Positions 32,999 through 43,622 are shown, counted from the first letter of the stretch. The stretch is 64,000 nt of DNA from an uncultured delta proteobacterium (GCA_963841435.1 CAWJCS010000003.1:1487365-1551364), one strand, 5' to 3'. Numbers and translations: made by a program. The notes: a model not told the origin generated them from the sequence alone.

Positions 32999-33936
32999 GC
33001 GAAAGGTCCAGGGTGCTCGAGGCCGACGCTCAGAAGCCGCTCCTCTTGCTCGAGGGCGCGTGCATCGAAGCCGGGGGCGTTCGTGGCGCACCGCTCGACG
33101 CTCGCGGCGGCAGCCGCCGACTGACGCTCGTCGGCGATTTCCGGCCCCTCTTCCGGCTGCTCACCGCGAACGCCACGCTCACCGCGGGTCGTGCGGAGCT
33201 TTACGGCGTCCCCGTGCGAGAAGCGGCGCGCACCGGCTTCGCGGGCGTCGCGCTCCTGGACCCGCCGCTCGTCAACGACTTCACGCTCGAGCGCTACCTC
33301 GACGAAAGCGCGAGGCTGCTCGGGCTCGACGCGCCGGAGGCGTCGCGCGCCACCCAGGCCGTCATCGAGGCCCTCGAGCTCGGCCCCTTCGCGCGCCATC
33401 GGTTGGGTCGCGCCCACCCGGCGCTCCGACAGCGTGTCCCGATCGCCCAGGCCTTGCTCGGGACACCCGAGGTCGTGTGTCTCGAAGCGCCGTTTTCCGG
33501 GCTCGACCCGGCGACTGGAAGCGCGACGGGCGTCACCCTGGAGCGAGCGCTCGGCGCGGCGCGGCTCGTGCTCGGGCTGCGCTCCCTCCCGTCCGAGGGC
33601 GTCGAGCGCGCGTGGCTCGAGCGATCCGACTGGGTGATGGTCGAAGCAGCAGGGCGCATCGTCGAGCAGGGGCCCCCCGGGAAAGTGCTGGGCAGAGCGC
33701 TGCGCTACGTGGCGATCCTCACACGCGGTCGCGAGGCATTCGTTTCGGCGCTCGCCGCGCGCGGCATCTCGGTCCCGCCCGGCGCGATCACCCCCCTGCC
33801 CACGCCACCCGACGCGCCTCCCGGGGCGGCTCCGTTCGAAATCTTCATCGAGCTTCCGCCCGGCAAGGACGTGAGCGACGTGGTGTCGGCCGCGTCCGAG
33901 GCGGGCACCCCGCTCGTCGAGCTCACGGCGTCCTGA
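32995..33936 (+). CDS. Degenerate ABC-ATPase-like protein
   Basis: IAQALLGTPEVVCLEAPFSGLDP (Walker-B/D-loop-like); no Walker A or LSGGQ. Confidence 0.6.
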   Translation: MSERSRVLEADAQKPLLLLEGACIEAGGVRGAPLDARGGSRRLTLVGDFRPLFRLLTANATLTAGRAELYGVPVREAARTGFAGVALLDPPLVNDFTLERYLDESARLLGLDAPEASRATQAVIEALELGPFARHRLGRAHPALRQRVPIAQALLGTPEVVCLEAPFSGLDPATGSATGVTLERALGAARLVLGLRSLPSEGVERAWLERSDWVMVEAAGRIVEQGPPGKVLGRALRYVAILTRGREAFVSALAARGISVPPGAITPLPTPPDAPPGAAPFEIFIELPPGKDVSDVVSAASEAGTPLVELTAS

Positions 33937-34957
33937 ACGCTCGCCGCCTCACGCCGAAGAGCACCCCGAGCCCGAGCACGGAGAGAAGCACGAGCGGGCG
34001 CTCCGCCGGCGGCCCGTGCGACATCGAGCAAACGATGCCCGTGATGGCTCCCTGGGGTGCCCCGTTCACGCTGTACGTGGCGGCGTGCTCATCGTCGCAG
34101 TCGACGCTGCCGTCGTACGTGACGATCACGGTGTCGCCCGAATGATTTTCGAGCACGGTGTTGCCGGAGGCGGGCTGCCCCGAGCACACGGCGTCATCGG
34201 CGACCTCCTTAGTCGTCGTCGCGTCGACGGTGCCCACCGGGCCCGTGCCGCCCTCGCGCGTCACGACGCCCGTGCCCGTCCACACGCTGCGCGCGCCGTA
34301 ATCACCGCTCACGGCGCCGAAGTAATCGATGGTCGTCGTCACGTCGGCACGGTGAACGATGCTGAGCGAGAAATCGTACTCGCCGACATCGACGAACGTG
34401 ATCTGCGCGTTCCCGTTGCGCACGTCGCCGCTCGCACCGACGCGCGTGCCGAAGTTGCGCAACGTGAGGCTCCGGTCACCATTCGCCGAGCGCTCCACGG
34501 TTGCGCTGCCGACCCACTCGGTGCCGGACACGTCGGTGCAACCGCCCTCGATGTCGAGCGTCGTGCCGTCGTCCGTCGTCACGGGGCAGCTCGGATCGCC
34601 GAAGGCCTCCTGCCCGTCCGCCACCGCGAACGGCTGGTACACGTTGACGTAAACGGCGAGGGCGCTCGCCGTCGTGGCCCAGAGGCGCACAGCGTCGATG
34701 TCGTCGAAGGAAACCGAGTCGGCGCCGCCTTCCCCTGCAGCCGCTCCGGCGTCGCCAGCTCCGCCACCCTGCGCGCCTGCGCCGCCGCCGCTGCCCCGTC
34801 CGGCGCTTCCGCCGCTACCCCCGCTGCCGGAGCCGCCGCCGCGTCCGCCGCTGGCCGCGCCTCCGCTTTCGGGCGTGACGTGAGCGTCGTCCTTGCCGCA
34901 GCCGTTCGCGAGCGCGACGGCGGGCATGAAGAGCGCGAGCCAAAGCCAGTGCCTCAT
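33923..34957 (-). CDS. Secreted lipoprotein with C-terminal MYXO-CTERM-like anchor
   Basis: Signal ending LANGC, Gly linker, C-terminal CSMS...LVLLSVLGLGVLFGVRRR. Confidence 0.7.
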   Translation of the reverse strand: MRHWLWLALFMPAVALANGCGKDDAHVTPESGGAASGGRGGGSGSGGSGGSAGRGSGGGAGAQGGGAGDAGAAAGEGGADSVSFDDIDAVRLWATTASALAVYVNVYQPFAVADGQEAFGDPSCPVTTDDGTTLDIEGGCTDVSGTEWVGSATVERSANGDRSLTLRNFGTRVGASGDVRNGNAQITFVDVGEYDFSLSIVHRADVTTTIDYFGAVSGDYGARSVWTGTGVVTREGGTGPVGTVDATTTKEVADDAVCSGQPASGNTVLENHSGDTVIVTYDGSVDCDDEHAATYSVNGAPQGAITGIVCSMSHGPPAERPLVLLSVLGLGVLFGVRRRAFRTP

Positions 34958-35017
34958 CGAAGTGTCTCCTCGCGAGGCCGGAGCAGGGCGCCCCTGCTCG
35001 GACTCGCTGCCCGAAGG

Positions 35018-35878
35018 TTAGTCTCGAACCAAGCGGGGTCCAAAGAAATGCTCGCTACCCGGGTCGGCCGCGGGCTTTCGTCCCGTTCGCTGCAACGTGG
35101 GCGCGCGAGCCCCGAGGTCGGCTTCCTTGAAGAACTCGAGCACGGCCGGTCGCGTCACGAGGTGCGAGATGCGCTCGGCGCCGATGCGCGAAGGCAAAAC
35201 GACGCGGTTTGCGCCCGCCTGCATGAGCTTCGGCTCCACACCGTGCTCTTCGCCGCGCGCGACGATGAAGAGATTGGGGCGCAGCTGGCGAGCCGTGAGC
35301 GTGATGAACACGTTCATCGCGTCGTTCGAGAGCACGCTGGCGAGCGCCCGCGCTCGGGCCAAACCGGCCGACGTGAGCGCCTCGTTCTGCGAGGCGTCGC
35401 CATGCACCACCAGGTGGCCCGCCGCGCGTGCGGCGTCGCAGCGCTCCTGGTCGGTTTCGACCACGCCGACCTGCACCCGAGCACCGACCAGCTCCTCGCA
35501 CACGACGTGCCCGATTCGCCCGAAGCCGCAAACGATGGCGTGGTCCTTGAGCGCTTCCAATTCCTTGTCCATGCGACTCCTTCCGAGCACCTTCTGGAGC
35601 TGCCCCTCCGCGATCATCCGAAAAAGCCCGCTCGTGATGTAGACGAGCGACGAACAGCCCCCGATGATCACGAACATCGTGAAGATCCCGAGCGCCGGGT
35701 CGAGCTCGCGCACTTCGCCGTAGCCCACGGAGAAGACGGTGATCACCACCATGTAGAGCGCGTTGACGAGCGTGAATCCGGCGCGGACGTAGACCGCCGT
35801 GGACACGACGACGAGCAACACCAAAAAGGCGATGCCGCGAACGATGCGGCGGGACGCGGCGTCGAGCTTTCCGTACAT
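35018..35878 (-). CDS. Two-TM potassium channel with RCK/TrkA-N domain
   Basis: TVFSVGYGEV pore; HAIVCGFGRIG, HGDAS, AGANRVV. Confidence 0.88.
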   Translation of the reverse strand: MYGKLDAASRRIVRGIAFLVLLVVVSTAVYVRAGFTLVNALYMVVITVFSVGYGEVRELDPALGIFTMFVIIGGCSSLVYITSGLFRMIAEGQLQKVLGRSRMDKELEALKDHAIVCGFGRIGHVVCEELVGARVQVGVVETDQERCDAARAAGHLVVHGDASQNEALTSAGLARARALASVLSNDAMNVFITLTARQLRPNLFIVARGEEHGVEPKLMQAGANRVVLPSRIGAERISHLVTRPAVLEFFKEADLGARAPTLQRTGRKPAADPGSEHFFGPRLVRD

Positions 35879-35937
35879 GAACCCGTCGTCGCCCTCGTCG
35901 AACGCGGGCGCCCGAAAGCCTCCGTCGGGCTCTGTTT

Positions 35938-37056
35938 CTAGAACGCTTCGCCGATCAGCACGTACAGGTTGGTGTCCCCGTCGCTGCTCAGCCCCACATC
36001 CAGGCGCGCGTTGATACCGTCCTCGGGGTTCAAGGCGACTCGCAGGCCCGGGCCACCCGCGAGCTTCACGTGGCCGAGGTCGAGCTCGCCCAGGCGCGGA
36101 GCGACCTCGCCAGCGCCGAGGAACCCACAAACGCCGAGGCGCCAGAAGAGGGGGACGCGATACTCGACCTGTGCGGACACCACGTGCCGATCGATGTAGC
36201 GCGAGGCCAGAAAGCCCCGCATCCTGCCGTCTCCAGCCAGCGCGCTCAGAAGCTGGAACGGGACGCTGCCGCCCGTGTGGCGCGAGTAGACCTGCACGGC
36301 GAGCACGCTACCGAAAGCCACTCGGAAGTACGACCGCAAGTCGAGGGCGAGCGCGAAGAAACCGAGTTGAGAGCCGAGCCACGTCGGATACGTCGTCCAC
36401 GAGAGCTGGTAGCGCCCGCCGCGCGTCGGAAAGCCCTCGCTGTCGCGATCGTCCCAGCTCAAGAGCGGGCCCGCACCGAGCACGCGACCACCGCCCGCGC
36501 CGAGCACGCGGCCCGAGGCGAGCTCTCTGCCAGGCTCCACGCGGGTGATGTCCGACAAGCCGAGATCGATCTGGAAGCCCACGTAGAGCTCGCCCACGGC
36601 GCGCCATTCACCGATCGCGTCGAGGCCGAACGTGTGCTGCTGGAACGCTTCCGCGGAGCCCGCGGGGCTGTCGGGGCCGATAGCGTAGTAAGTGTCCGGA
36701 AATCGCGTCGCCACGACGCTCCCCCGCACGCGGTAGCGCCCCCCCTGCAAGTACAGCGTCGGCTCGAGCGACAGCACGAACTGCGATTTCAAAGAGTAGA
36801 GCGCCACGAGCCCGAGGCTCGAACGGCGAGGCGCCGGCGCGTCCGGCGCGCGCGGCGACGGAAAGTGGTAGGCGACGAAGCCGCCGAAGAACCAGCCCGT
36901 CTCCGGCGCGTGACCCGCGAGCGGGATCCCGCTCAGGCGAGCGGAATCGTCGGGCTTCGCCGGTGCCTCCCGCTCGGCGGCAGCGGCCGGCAGGGCGAAA
37001 CAGGAGACGGCGACGCTGCACGCGAAGCGGGCGAGCACGCGATGCCAGGCGCCCAT
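35938..37056 (-). CDS. BamA/TamA-family outer-membrane beta-barrel
   Basis: RMRGF, EYRVPL, GPGLR, ARLDVG, C-terminal IGEAF. Confidence 0.85.
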   Translation of the reverse strand: MGAWHRVLARFACSVAVSCFALPAAAAEREAPAKPDDSARLSGIPLAGHAPETGWFFGGFVAYHFPSPRAPDAPAPRRSSLGLVALYSLKSQFVLSLEPTLYLQGGRYRVRGSVVATRFPDTYYAIGPDSPAGSAEAFQQHTFGLDAIGEWRAVGELYVGFQIDLGLSDITRVEPGRELASGRVLGAGGGRVLGAGPLLSWDDRDSEGFPTRGGRYQLSWTTYPTWLGSQLGFFALALDLRSYFRVAFGSVLAVQVYSRHTGGSVPFQLLSALAGDGRMRGFLASRYIDRHVVSAQVEYRVPLFWRLGVCGFLGAGEVAPRLGELDLGHVKLAGGPGLRVALNPEDGINARLDVGLSSDGDTNLYVLIGEAF

Positions 37057-37141
37057 GCCTCCGAGTAGGACGGCGTCGTTCCAGGTTCAACGTTTGCGGT
37101 GGACCCGCTGGGCGCACCGCGGCATCGTCGAACAGACCGTG

Positions 37142-38732
37142 ATGCCCGCTCGCCCCGATCCGGAGGCACCCGCCAAACGCCACGAGCGACGCGGCCTGGT
37201 CCCGTGGACGCCCGGGCCGCACTTGCTAGCGGACGCACGGGCGTTTCAGCAAGGCCGCGTCCGGCTCTACCTCGGGTTTTTGCTGGTCCTGTTCGGTGTC
37301 TCGTTCGCGATGGACAGCACGACCCTCTACCTCGACCACGGGCCCCGCGGGCTCTTGGTTCCCGGGCACCTCGCCGTTTTCGGCCTGATCGTCGCGCTCA
37401 CGCTGGGTTGGCTCGCCGCACGAACCGTGGAGCTGACGGGCGCGGCGCTCGCCGGCCTCGAAATCGGGACCACGCTCGCAATTGCAGGCATTGCCGTCGT
37501 GGTGCTCCAGGCAGCCTCCAGCGAACAAGTGGCCGCGGGTCCCATGCTCGCGATGGCGCTCGCGCTCGTGGCGCGCGCGGCGATCGTGCCGAGCAGCGGG
37601 CTCCGCACGCTGCTCGTGGGCGGCCTCGTGAGCACGCTCACCGTCCTCGGCTATCAGTTGCGCCCGTGGGACGTCGGAAACTTCGCGCAGTTTACCGCAC
37701 CGTGGATGGTCGCCTTCACGCTGGCGTCGTCGTTCGTCTCGCGCGCGATCTACGGGCTTCAGCAGCAGGTCCGCGAGGCGCACCAGCTCGGCCAGTACGT
37801 GCTCGAAGAGCGCCTCGGAGAGGGCGGCATGGGTGTCGTCTACCGGGCGAGCCACAAGCTGCTCCGCCGCCCCACGGCCGTGAAGCTGATGGCCAACGGC
37901 ACGAGCGAGCGCGAGTCCAAGCGCTTCGAGCACGAGGTGCGCCAAACCGCACGGCTCACCCACCCGAACACGGTGACCGTGTACGACTACGGCCGCACCG
38001 TGGACGGCATCTTCTACTACGCAATGGAGCTTCTCCAGGGCGCAACCCTCGATGACGTCGTGGCCGTCGGCGGCCCCATGCCTCCGGCGCGTGTCCGGCG
38101 CGTGCTCGCCGCGATGGCCGGCGCCCTCGCGGAAGCGCACCTCGAAAAGCTCATCCACCGCGACATCAAGCCCGCCAACGTGATGCTCTGCGAGCAAGGC
38201 GGCGAGCTCGAACGTCGTCAAGGTGCTCGACTTCGGTCTCGTCAAGGACCTCAGCACCGACGCGGAGCTGACGCACGCGGGCGCCCTCACGGGCACGCCC
38301 GCGTTCATGTCGCCCGAATCGATCAAGGACCCGGCCGCCGTGGGCCCGGCGAGCGACCTCTATGCCGTCGGCGCCGTCGGCTACTTCCTGCTCACGGGCG
38401 TGCTCGTCTTCGAGGGCAAGACCATCGTCGAAGTGTGCGGCCACCACCTCATGACACCACCCGTGCCGCCTTCGGAGCGCCTGGGTCGAAAGCTGCCCGC
38501 GGGGCTCGAGTCACTCGTCATGGCCTGTCTCGAGAAGCCGCCCGAGCGACGCCCGGAGTCCGCGCTCGTGCTCCGCGACCGGCTCGCCCAGCTCGGCGAC
38601 GTCGGCAGCTGGACCGACAGCGACGCTCGGGCGTGGTGGGAAGCGAATCGGGACGCCCTCAAGGCCGTCCCGCGCGGGTCGAGGAGCCCGGGGGCCGCCA
38701 CGCTCGAGGTGGACCTTGGCGCTCGCAGCTGA
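37142..38732 (+). CDS. Membrane Ser/Thr protein kinase; one frameshift at ~38211
   Basis: TM N-terminus; LGEGGMGVVY, AVK, HRDIKPAN, then VKVLDFGL, GTPAFMSPE, SDLYAVG after removing one A. Confidence 0.92.
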
Positions 38733-38759
38733 CGCTCGCGCCCCGCTCCCGACGGGCAC

Positions 38760-40502
38760 CTAAGACGATACGACGCCGATCGTGCCGTCGCTTCCGAGCC
38801 GGAGGGCCACGGGCGCCTCGCTCCGGAACAGGAAAAGCGCGCCGGCATCGGTGCTGAGCGCCGTGAGATCACCCGTCGTGGGGCCGCCGAAGTCCCCGGT
38901 ATCGAACACGATGGTATCCTTCGCGCCCGCCAGGCCCGAGAGCGGCGCGAGGCGGACCCGCGTTTCGCCGAGCGCCGCGCGATAGAGCACGTACACCTTG
39001 TCGCCGAGCGGCCCGACCGCCCAGAGGTACGTGCTGTCGAACGCCGGGAGCTTCACGTCGCTCGGCTTGCAGCCGTCCATAGTGCAGTCGATGCGACCGA
39101 CGGTGGCGCTGCCCTTCTCCGTCTTCATCCACGCGAGGCTTGCACCGCTCGCCGAGCACACGAGCTCGGACTCGCCGGTGCAATCGAACGGCATCGTCAG
39201 CTCCGCGGGCTTCGACCAGGAGCCCTTCTCGAAGAGCATCACCGTGACGGCCGTCTTGCCTTCCCCGCCGGTCGCCTTGCCGCTGCCTTGCCCCGACCGC
39301 GAGCCGAACACGGCAACGCCGAGCGTGTCGCCCGCCCGGCAGGTGTGGAACGCACCGGCGAAGTTGCCCTTGTAGTGCCCGCCGTCCTTCAAGCGACCGC
39401 GCGAGAGCGACTTCACGCCGAGCTCCACGCCCGATTCGGTGGGGCTCAAGTAGAGGATCTGGTCGCCGAGCGCAATCGGATCGCCGACGGTGCCCTCGAG
39501 CTTGAGCTTCGTGCCCTTGGACGCCTTCCCACCCGCAAGCTCGATGGCAACGTAACCCTCCTCGACCGCGGCCGCGCCCTTCGGCTTCTCGAACATGCCG
39601 CGGCCCTTGGCGGACTTGGCGGGTTTGGCCGGCTTGGCCGAAGGATCCGGTGCGGCGAGCGAAACGTCCTGCCCGGCCTTCTCGACGGCCACGCCGTCGC
39701 GAAGCAGGCGACCGCTGCGCCCCGCGACGGCCGACGTTTCGCCATTCTCGACGTTGTAGGCGACGAGCCCCGTCTCGGTGAGGCCCGCGGCGTAGAGGCC
39801 CCCCGCATCGTTGACGATCTCGACGCTCTGCGGCGGCAGCTCCGGCACCTTGTCGTTTGCCTTCACGCAGCGCACCTTGCCAAAGTCCGCGGCAAACTCG
39901 CACACCGTGGGGCGCACGCGACCTTCGGACTTCTTCAAAGCGAGCAAGGCCCGCCCATCACTGGTCAACACCGGGCCCGACACGCGCTCTGGCTCGGCGC
40001 TGAAGCTCTTCCAGCCCTTCGAATCCACGACGGGCGGCGGCGCTGCCGCCGGTGCCGGACCGCCCGCCCCGGGCACGATCTTCAGCTCGGCGTCCTTCGC
40101 CGCCTCCCAGAGCTCGGTCGTCACGGAAATGAGGGAGCTATCGAACGCGATGGCGCAGCTGCCCTTCGCGTCACTGCAGCCGAAGCGGTCGTGCAGCTTG
40201 CGACGCAAAATCGCCGTCTTGCCGGAGTTGTCGAGCGCGGCGTACAGATCATCGGCGTGGCTCGCGCAGCTCTTGGGCCAGGCGTCCTTGCCCGCCGAGG
40301 CCGGCGAGCTTCCCAGCATGAGCTGCCGGAGCTTCGGAACGCGCTCGGCAATGGGCGCCGATGCGGCGGGCCCCGCGAGACAGGTCGCGAGCGCGCTCCA
40401 GTGCTTTTGGCTCTCCTCGTCCGAACAGCCACAAAGTAGAGTGAACGCCGCCGCCGAAAAGACGAGCGCGCGCGAGCCCGAGGTGCCGCCTCCGATTGTC
40501 AT
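38760..40502 (-). CDS. Hypothetical lipoprotein
   Basis: Lipobox LLCGC; long ORF with host-like codon pattern. Confidence 0.7.
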   Translation of the reverse strand: MTIGGGTSGSRALVFSAAAFTLLCGCSDEESQKHWSALATCLAGPAASAPIAERVPKLRQLMLGSSPASAGKDAWPKSCASHADDLYAALDNSGKTAILRRKLHDRFGCSDAKGSCAIAFDSSLISVTTELWEAAKDAELKIVPGAGGPAPAAAPPPVVDSKGWKSFSAEPERVSGPVLTSDGRALLALKKSEGRVRPTVCEFAADFGKVRCVKANDKVPELPPQSVEIVNDAGGLYAAGLTETGLVAYNVENGETSAVAGRSGRLLRDGVAVEKAGQDVSLAAPDPSAKPAKPAKSAKGRGMFEKPKGAAAVEEGYVAIELAGGKASKGTKLKLEGTVGDPIALGDQILYLSPTESGVELGVKSLSRGRLKDGGHYKGNFAGAFHTCRAGDTLGVAVFGSRSGQGSGKATGGEGKTAVTVMLFEKGSWSKPAELTMPFDCTGESELVCSASGASLAWMKTEKGSATVGRIDCTMDGCKPSDVKLPAFDSTYLWAVGPLGDKVYVLYRAALGETRVRLAPLSGLAGAKDTIVFDTGDFGGPTTGDLTALSTDAGALFLFRSEAPVALRLGSDGTIGVVSS

Positions 40503-40700
40503 GGGGTCGCACCATAGTCCCATTCCTCGCCTCGGTGCAGCGCTCAATTCCGTTGCGACGCGCCATGGCACGCGCAGCCCCCGAGCGGCGCAAACACGAG
40601 CTTCGAGCGACGCGGGCGGAAGAGGCGCCGAGAAATGCCCCCGCAAAAATCCGCTCTGACGGGCAGCGACTCCGCACGCGGCGCCGCCGCGGTCAAACGC

Positions 40701-41363
40701 TCAGGGGGGCGCGCCGCCGGCGGGCATCGGCACGCGCTCCATCGAGCGATCGTGCCGCGTACCGAACAGCGGCAGCGCGATCGCCGCGCCGACCAGCGCG
40801 AGCAACATGTCCCACTGTGCGTCCCACACGTCGCCCTGCGAGCCGAGGAACGCCACCCCGACATCCGGCGCCACGAGCACCGCCACCCACCATTCGAGAA
40901 GCTCCCAGAACGCCGCCACGGCGAGCACGACCGACAGCACCAGGAACGTGAGCCACCCGCCACGCACGAGCGGCGTCTTCCGGAGCAGCACCTCGCGCGC
41001 GATGAAGCCCGGAAACACCCCGAGCGCGAGATGCCCCACGCGATCGTAATGATTGCGCGCGAAGTGAAACGTCTCCTTCGCCCAATCGCCGAGCGGCGTC
41101 GCCGCGTACGTGTAGTACCCGCCGTAAATCAGAATCAAAAGGTGAAAGAACGTCCCCACGTACACCCAGTGCGAAAGCGGCAAGCGCCGATAAATCGCCA
41201 CCAGCACCGCCACCTCGAGCAACCCGGGCCCCACCTCGAGCACAATGCTCGTCCGCCCCGCAGGCGGATCCCAGGCAGCGAGAGCCACGACGAAGAGCGC
41301 CACGCCGAGCAGCGCAAGCGGCAACCGGGCATGGCGCGCGAGGGGTTCGGACAGCGCGCCCAT
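40701..41363 (-). CDS. DUF2238 membrane protein
   Basis: GGYYTYA.TPLG, RNHYDRVGH, WELLEW, FLGSQGDVWDAQWDM. Confidence 0.9.
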   Translation of the reverse strand: MGALSEPLARHARLPLALLGVALFVVALAAWDPPAGRTSIVLEVGPGLLEVAVLVAIYRRLPLSHWVYVGTFFHLLILIYGGYYTYAATPLGDWAKETFHFARNHYDRVGHLALGVFPGFIAREVLLRKTPLVRGGWLTFLVLSVVLAVAAFWELLEWWVAVLVAPDVGVAFLGSQGDVWDAQWDMLLALVGAAIALPLFGTRHDRSMERVPMPAGGAPP

Positions 41364-41378
41364 CACGAATCTTGCTCC

Positions 41379-41478
41379 CTCCACTCGCACGTCACTCGCA
41401 CGTGCTCGCCTTCGGCTGCGCGCGCGCGGTCTCCTCCTTAATCATGCTCGCCTTCGGCTGCGCGTGATTGGAGGAGAC
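41379..41478. repeat. Conserved double-hairpin element, copy 1 (left edge of array)
   Basis: GTCTCCTCC-TT-AATCATGC...GCGTGATT-GGAGGAGAC; homologous copies at 43170, 51048, 55600, 61235. Confidence 0.85.
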
Positions 41479-41707
41479 GGGTCTTGCCGGTTGGGGGCAT
41501 CGAGTGAGACGGCGACGTCGGTGGCCGAGGGGCGTTGGCGTCGTGAGGCTCAACACATGCCGACAGTATCACGACGGTCGGCGCGGCGGATGGTGACTCG
41601 AGCACGCGCGTCGCGTCCGGCACGGGGCCCGGGCTTCGCGGGAACGCGCACGTCGCGCGCCGTGCTCCGGTCCTTCGCACAAACGGTGACGCGCCACGCA
41701 CGTCCAA

Positions 41708-41749
41708 CTGTCAATAGCCATTGACAGCGCCACTCGCGGAGCGTAACCT
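41708..41749 (+). promoter_or_regulatory. hicAB sigma70 promoter with overlapping palindromic operator
   Basis: TTGACA (41721-26), 17 bp, TAACCT (41744-49); inverted repeat CTGTCAAT-AGCC-ATTGACAG covers the -35. Confidence 0.8.
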
Positions 41750-41756
41750 GATGGCT

Positions 41757-41961
41757 GTGACGGCTCGGGAACTTCGACGCGTTCTCCCGCTCACACGGCT
41801 GCGTCGAGGTGCGTCAAGCCGGCTCTCATTTCCGAATCCGGTGTGGCAAATGCTTCACCACCGTGCCGGTCCACCAGGGTGAGGACATCGGCAGCGGCCT
41901 CTTGGCGAAGATCGAGCGAGACATGGAACCCTGTCTCGGGAAAGGATGGCTCAAACGATGA
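41757..41961 (+). CDS. hicA: HicA toxin; one extra C at ~41787
   Basis: Reconstructed MTARELRRVLRSHGCVEVRQAGSHFRIRCGKCFTTVPVHQGEDIGSGLLAKIERD (GSH motif); ATGA overlap with hicB. Confidence 0.85.
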
Positions 41962-42347
41962 AACCTCGGCAAACGTATTGTGTCGTCTACGAACGCGACG
42001 AAAGTGGCTTTTGGGTTGCGAGTGTCGCCGGCATCCGCGGCTGTCACACCCAGGGCAGGACGATCGAGCAGGCGCGCGAGCGCGCCCGGGAAGCGATTCA
42101 GGCAGCGCTCGATTTGCAGCGGCCCTACGCCGGCAAGCTCGTGGACGATGTGCGGCTACCGCCACCGATCAAGAAGGTCGTCGCCTCGGCCCTGCACGCT
42201 CGAGCCAAGGCAGCCGTTGCCGACCGCGCCGCATCCGAGGGCAGCCGTCAGGCGATCGCCGCGCTCACGCGCATCGGCCTGAGCCTACGCGACGCTGGTG
42301 AGCTCCTGGGCGTCTCGCGGCAACGAGCGCAGAAGCTCGCGAGCTGA
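41958..42347 (+). CDS. hicB: HicB antitoxin with C-terminal HTH
   Basis: ERDESGFWVASVAGIRGCHTQGRTIEQARERAREAI...LSLRDAGELLGVSRQRAQKL. Confidence 0.9.
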   Translation: MKPRQTYCVVYERDESGFWVASVAGIRGCHTQGRTIEQARERAREAIQAALDLQRPYAGKLVDDVRLPPPIKKVVASALHARAKAAVADRAASEGSRQAIAALTRIGLSLRDAGELLGVSRQRAQKLAS

Positions 42348-42368
42348 CCCCACCGACGCTGACGCCCG

Positions 42369-42399
42369 GTCTAACTTTCGGATCAGGCTGACGAGCTTC
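42369..42399 (+). other. Truncated attC site (R'' and L'' only)
   Basis: GTCTAAC-TTTCG-GATCAGGC-TGACGAGCTTC; right arm missing. Confidence 0.7.
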
Positions 42400-42494
42400 C
42401 CACTCCGACCTCCGCAACACCCGAAGTAGGGTATCATCGGCTGCAGCATTGTGCGGGTTGCGACCAGGCACCCGCGAGCGTATGATTTGTCGCG

Positions 42495-42719
42495 ATGGAC
42501 TGGCAGAGCAGAGTCGTGATCGACCCCGCAATCCGCGCAGGTAGGCCCTGCATCCGGGGGACGCGGATCACCGTCTACGACGTTCTGGAGTACCTAGCGG
42601 GTGGGATGACCGAAGCCGACTTGCTGCGCGATTTCCCGGATCTCACTCGGGACGACGTACGCGCCAGCCTCTCCTTCGCGGCGGCTCGGGAGCGCCGCCT
42701 TTCTAGTCCGGCCGCGTGA
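42495..42719 (+). CDS. DUF433 antitoxin
   Basis: IDPAIRAGRPCIRGTRITVYDVLEYLAGGM...DFPDLTRDDVRA; promoter TTGCGA-17-TATGAT 8 nt upstream of ATG. Confidence 0.92.
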   Translation: MDWQSRVVIDPAIRAGRPCIRGTRITVYDVLEYLAGGMTEADLLRDFPDLTRDDVRASLSFAAARERRLSSPAA

Positions 42720-43001
42720 AGCGGCCTGTATCCCGGCAGCGCTCACGTTTCAGCCGTCGGCCTTCGCGGCGCAACGGACGATGCGGTGTGGGATTTCGCT
42801 CGCGAGCATGGCTTCGCGATCGTGTCGAAGGACAATCACTTCCGGCAGCGTGGGTTCGTCGAGGGACCACCTCCGAAGATCGTCTGGCTGGACGTCGGAA
42901 ACGCTGGCACGGAAGAGATCACCAAGTTTGTCCGGGAACGCCGGCCAATGACGAGCAATGTGGGGGCGACTACAAGGAACCTAGCCGCCAGCCAAAACTG
43001 A
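42716..43001 (+). pseudogene. DUF5615 PIN-like toxin, internally deleted
   Basis: LYPGSAHVSAVGLRGATDDAVWDFAREHGFAIVSKDNHF...PPKIVWL is out of frame with the GTG start; first catalytic strand missing and C-terminus scrambled. Confidence 0.78.
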
Positions 43002-43012
43002 GCGCCCGACAT

Positions 43013-43169
43013 GCCGGGCGGGTAGTACTCGTAGTCCAGCATGCCCCCGGGGATCTGGACGGTGTCGAGGCGGCCGGCGCTGTCGGGCGTCCTGACGATC
43101 TGGACGCTGTCGGGGCGGGTTTGGGTGCGGAGCATGCGGTCGGGGTCGTAAGTGTAGCTCTCTTGATGC
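43013..43169 (-). pseudogene. Short Rhs core stub
   Basis: QESYTYDPDRMLRTQTRPDSVQIVRTPDSAGRLDTVQIPGGMLDYEYYPPG; same 5' point as the other Rhs fragments. Confidence 0.85.
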
Positions 43170-43264
43170 CTCCACTCGCACGTGCTCGCCCGCAGGGCGG
43201 GCTGCGCGCGCGCGGTCTCCTCCCGAATCATGCTCGCCTACGGCTGCGCGTGATTGGTGGAGAC
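43170..43264. repeat. Conserved double-hairpin element, copy 2
   Basis: Near-identical to 41379-41478. Confidence 0.85.
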
Positions 43265-43325
43265 GGGTCGTCGCGCGTTTGAGCCTCGAGGCGTTGTCCG
43301 TGAAGGGGTTGTAGTGACCGCTGAC

Positions 43326-43622
43326 TCAGCCGAGATCTGGGCCGCTCTTCCGCGATGCGCCCCAAACTGCGATGATCCGGACGACCTGCTCGTGCTCGAG
43401 CACAACGTAGTAGACGTGGCATTTCGTCTTCGGGAGCAGCACGCGCCGGACTGCTTCGCCCTCGAAGTGACCGTAGAGCTCGTGCTTCGGTCCTTCAGCA
43501 AGCATCGCCCGTGCGGCGCGGAGCTCCTCCGTGAAGAGCTGTTTTGCATCACGATGCGCGCGCCACCACTTTCGTTCCCTACGCGCCTGGTGCCGCGCCT
43601 CCTCGGCAAGCTCGACTTTCAC
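43326..43622 (-). CDS. RelE/ParE-superfamily toxin
   Basis: MKVELAEEA...VRRVLLPKTKCHVYY...VRIIAVWG; GTGA overlap with upstream antitoxin. Confidence 0.78.
   Translation of the reverse strand: MKVELAEEARHQARRERKWWRAHRDAKQLFTEELRAARAMLAEGPKHELYGHFEGEAVRRVLLPKTKCHVYYVVLEHEQVVRIIAVWGASRKSGPDLG

Noticed and set aside
41702-41727. GTCCAACTGTC as another attC R''
   Set aside because: No L boxes or R' follow; better explained as the hicAB operator/-35 palindrome, although a relic cannot be excluded.
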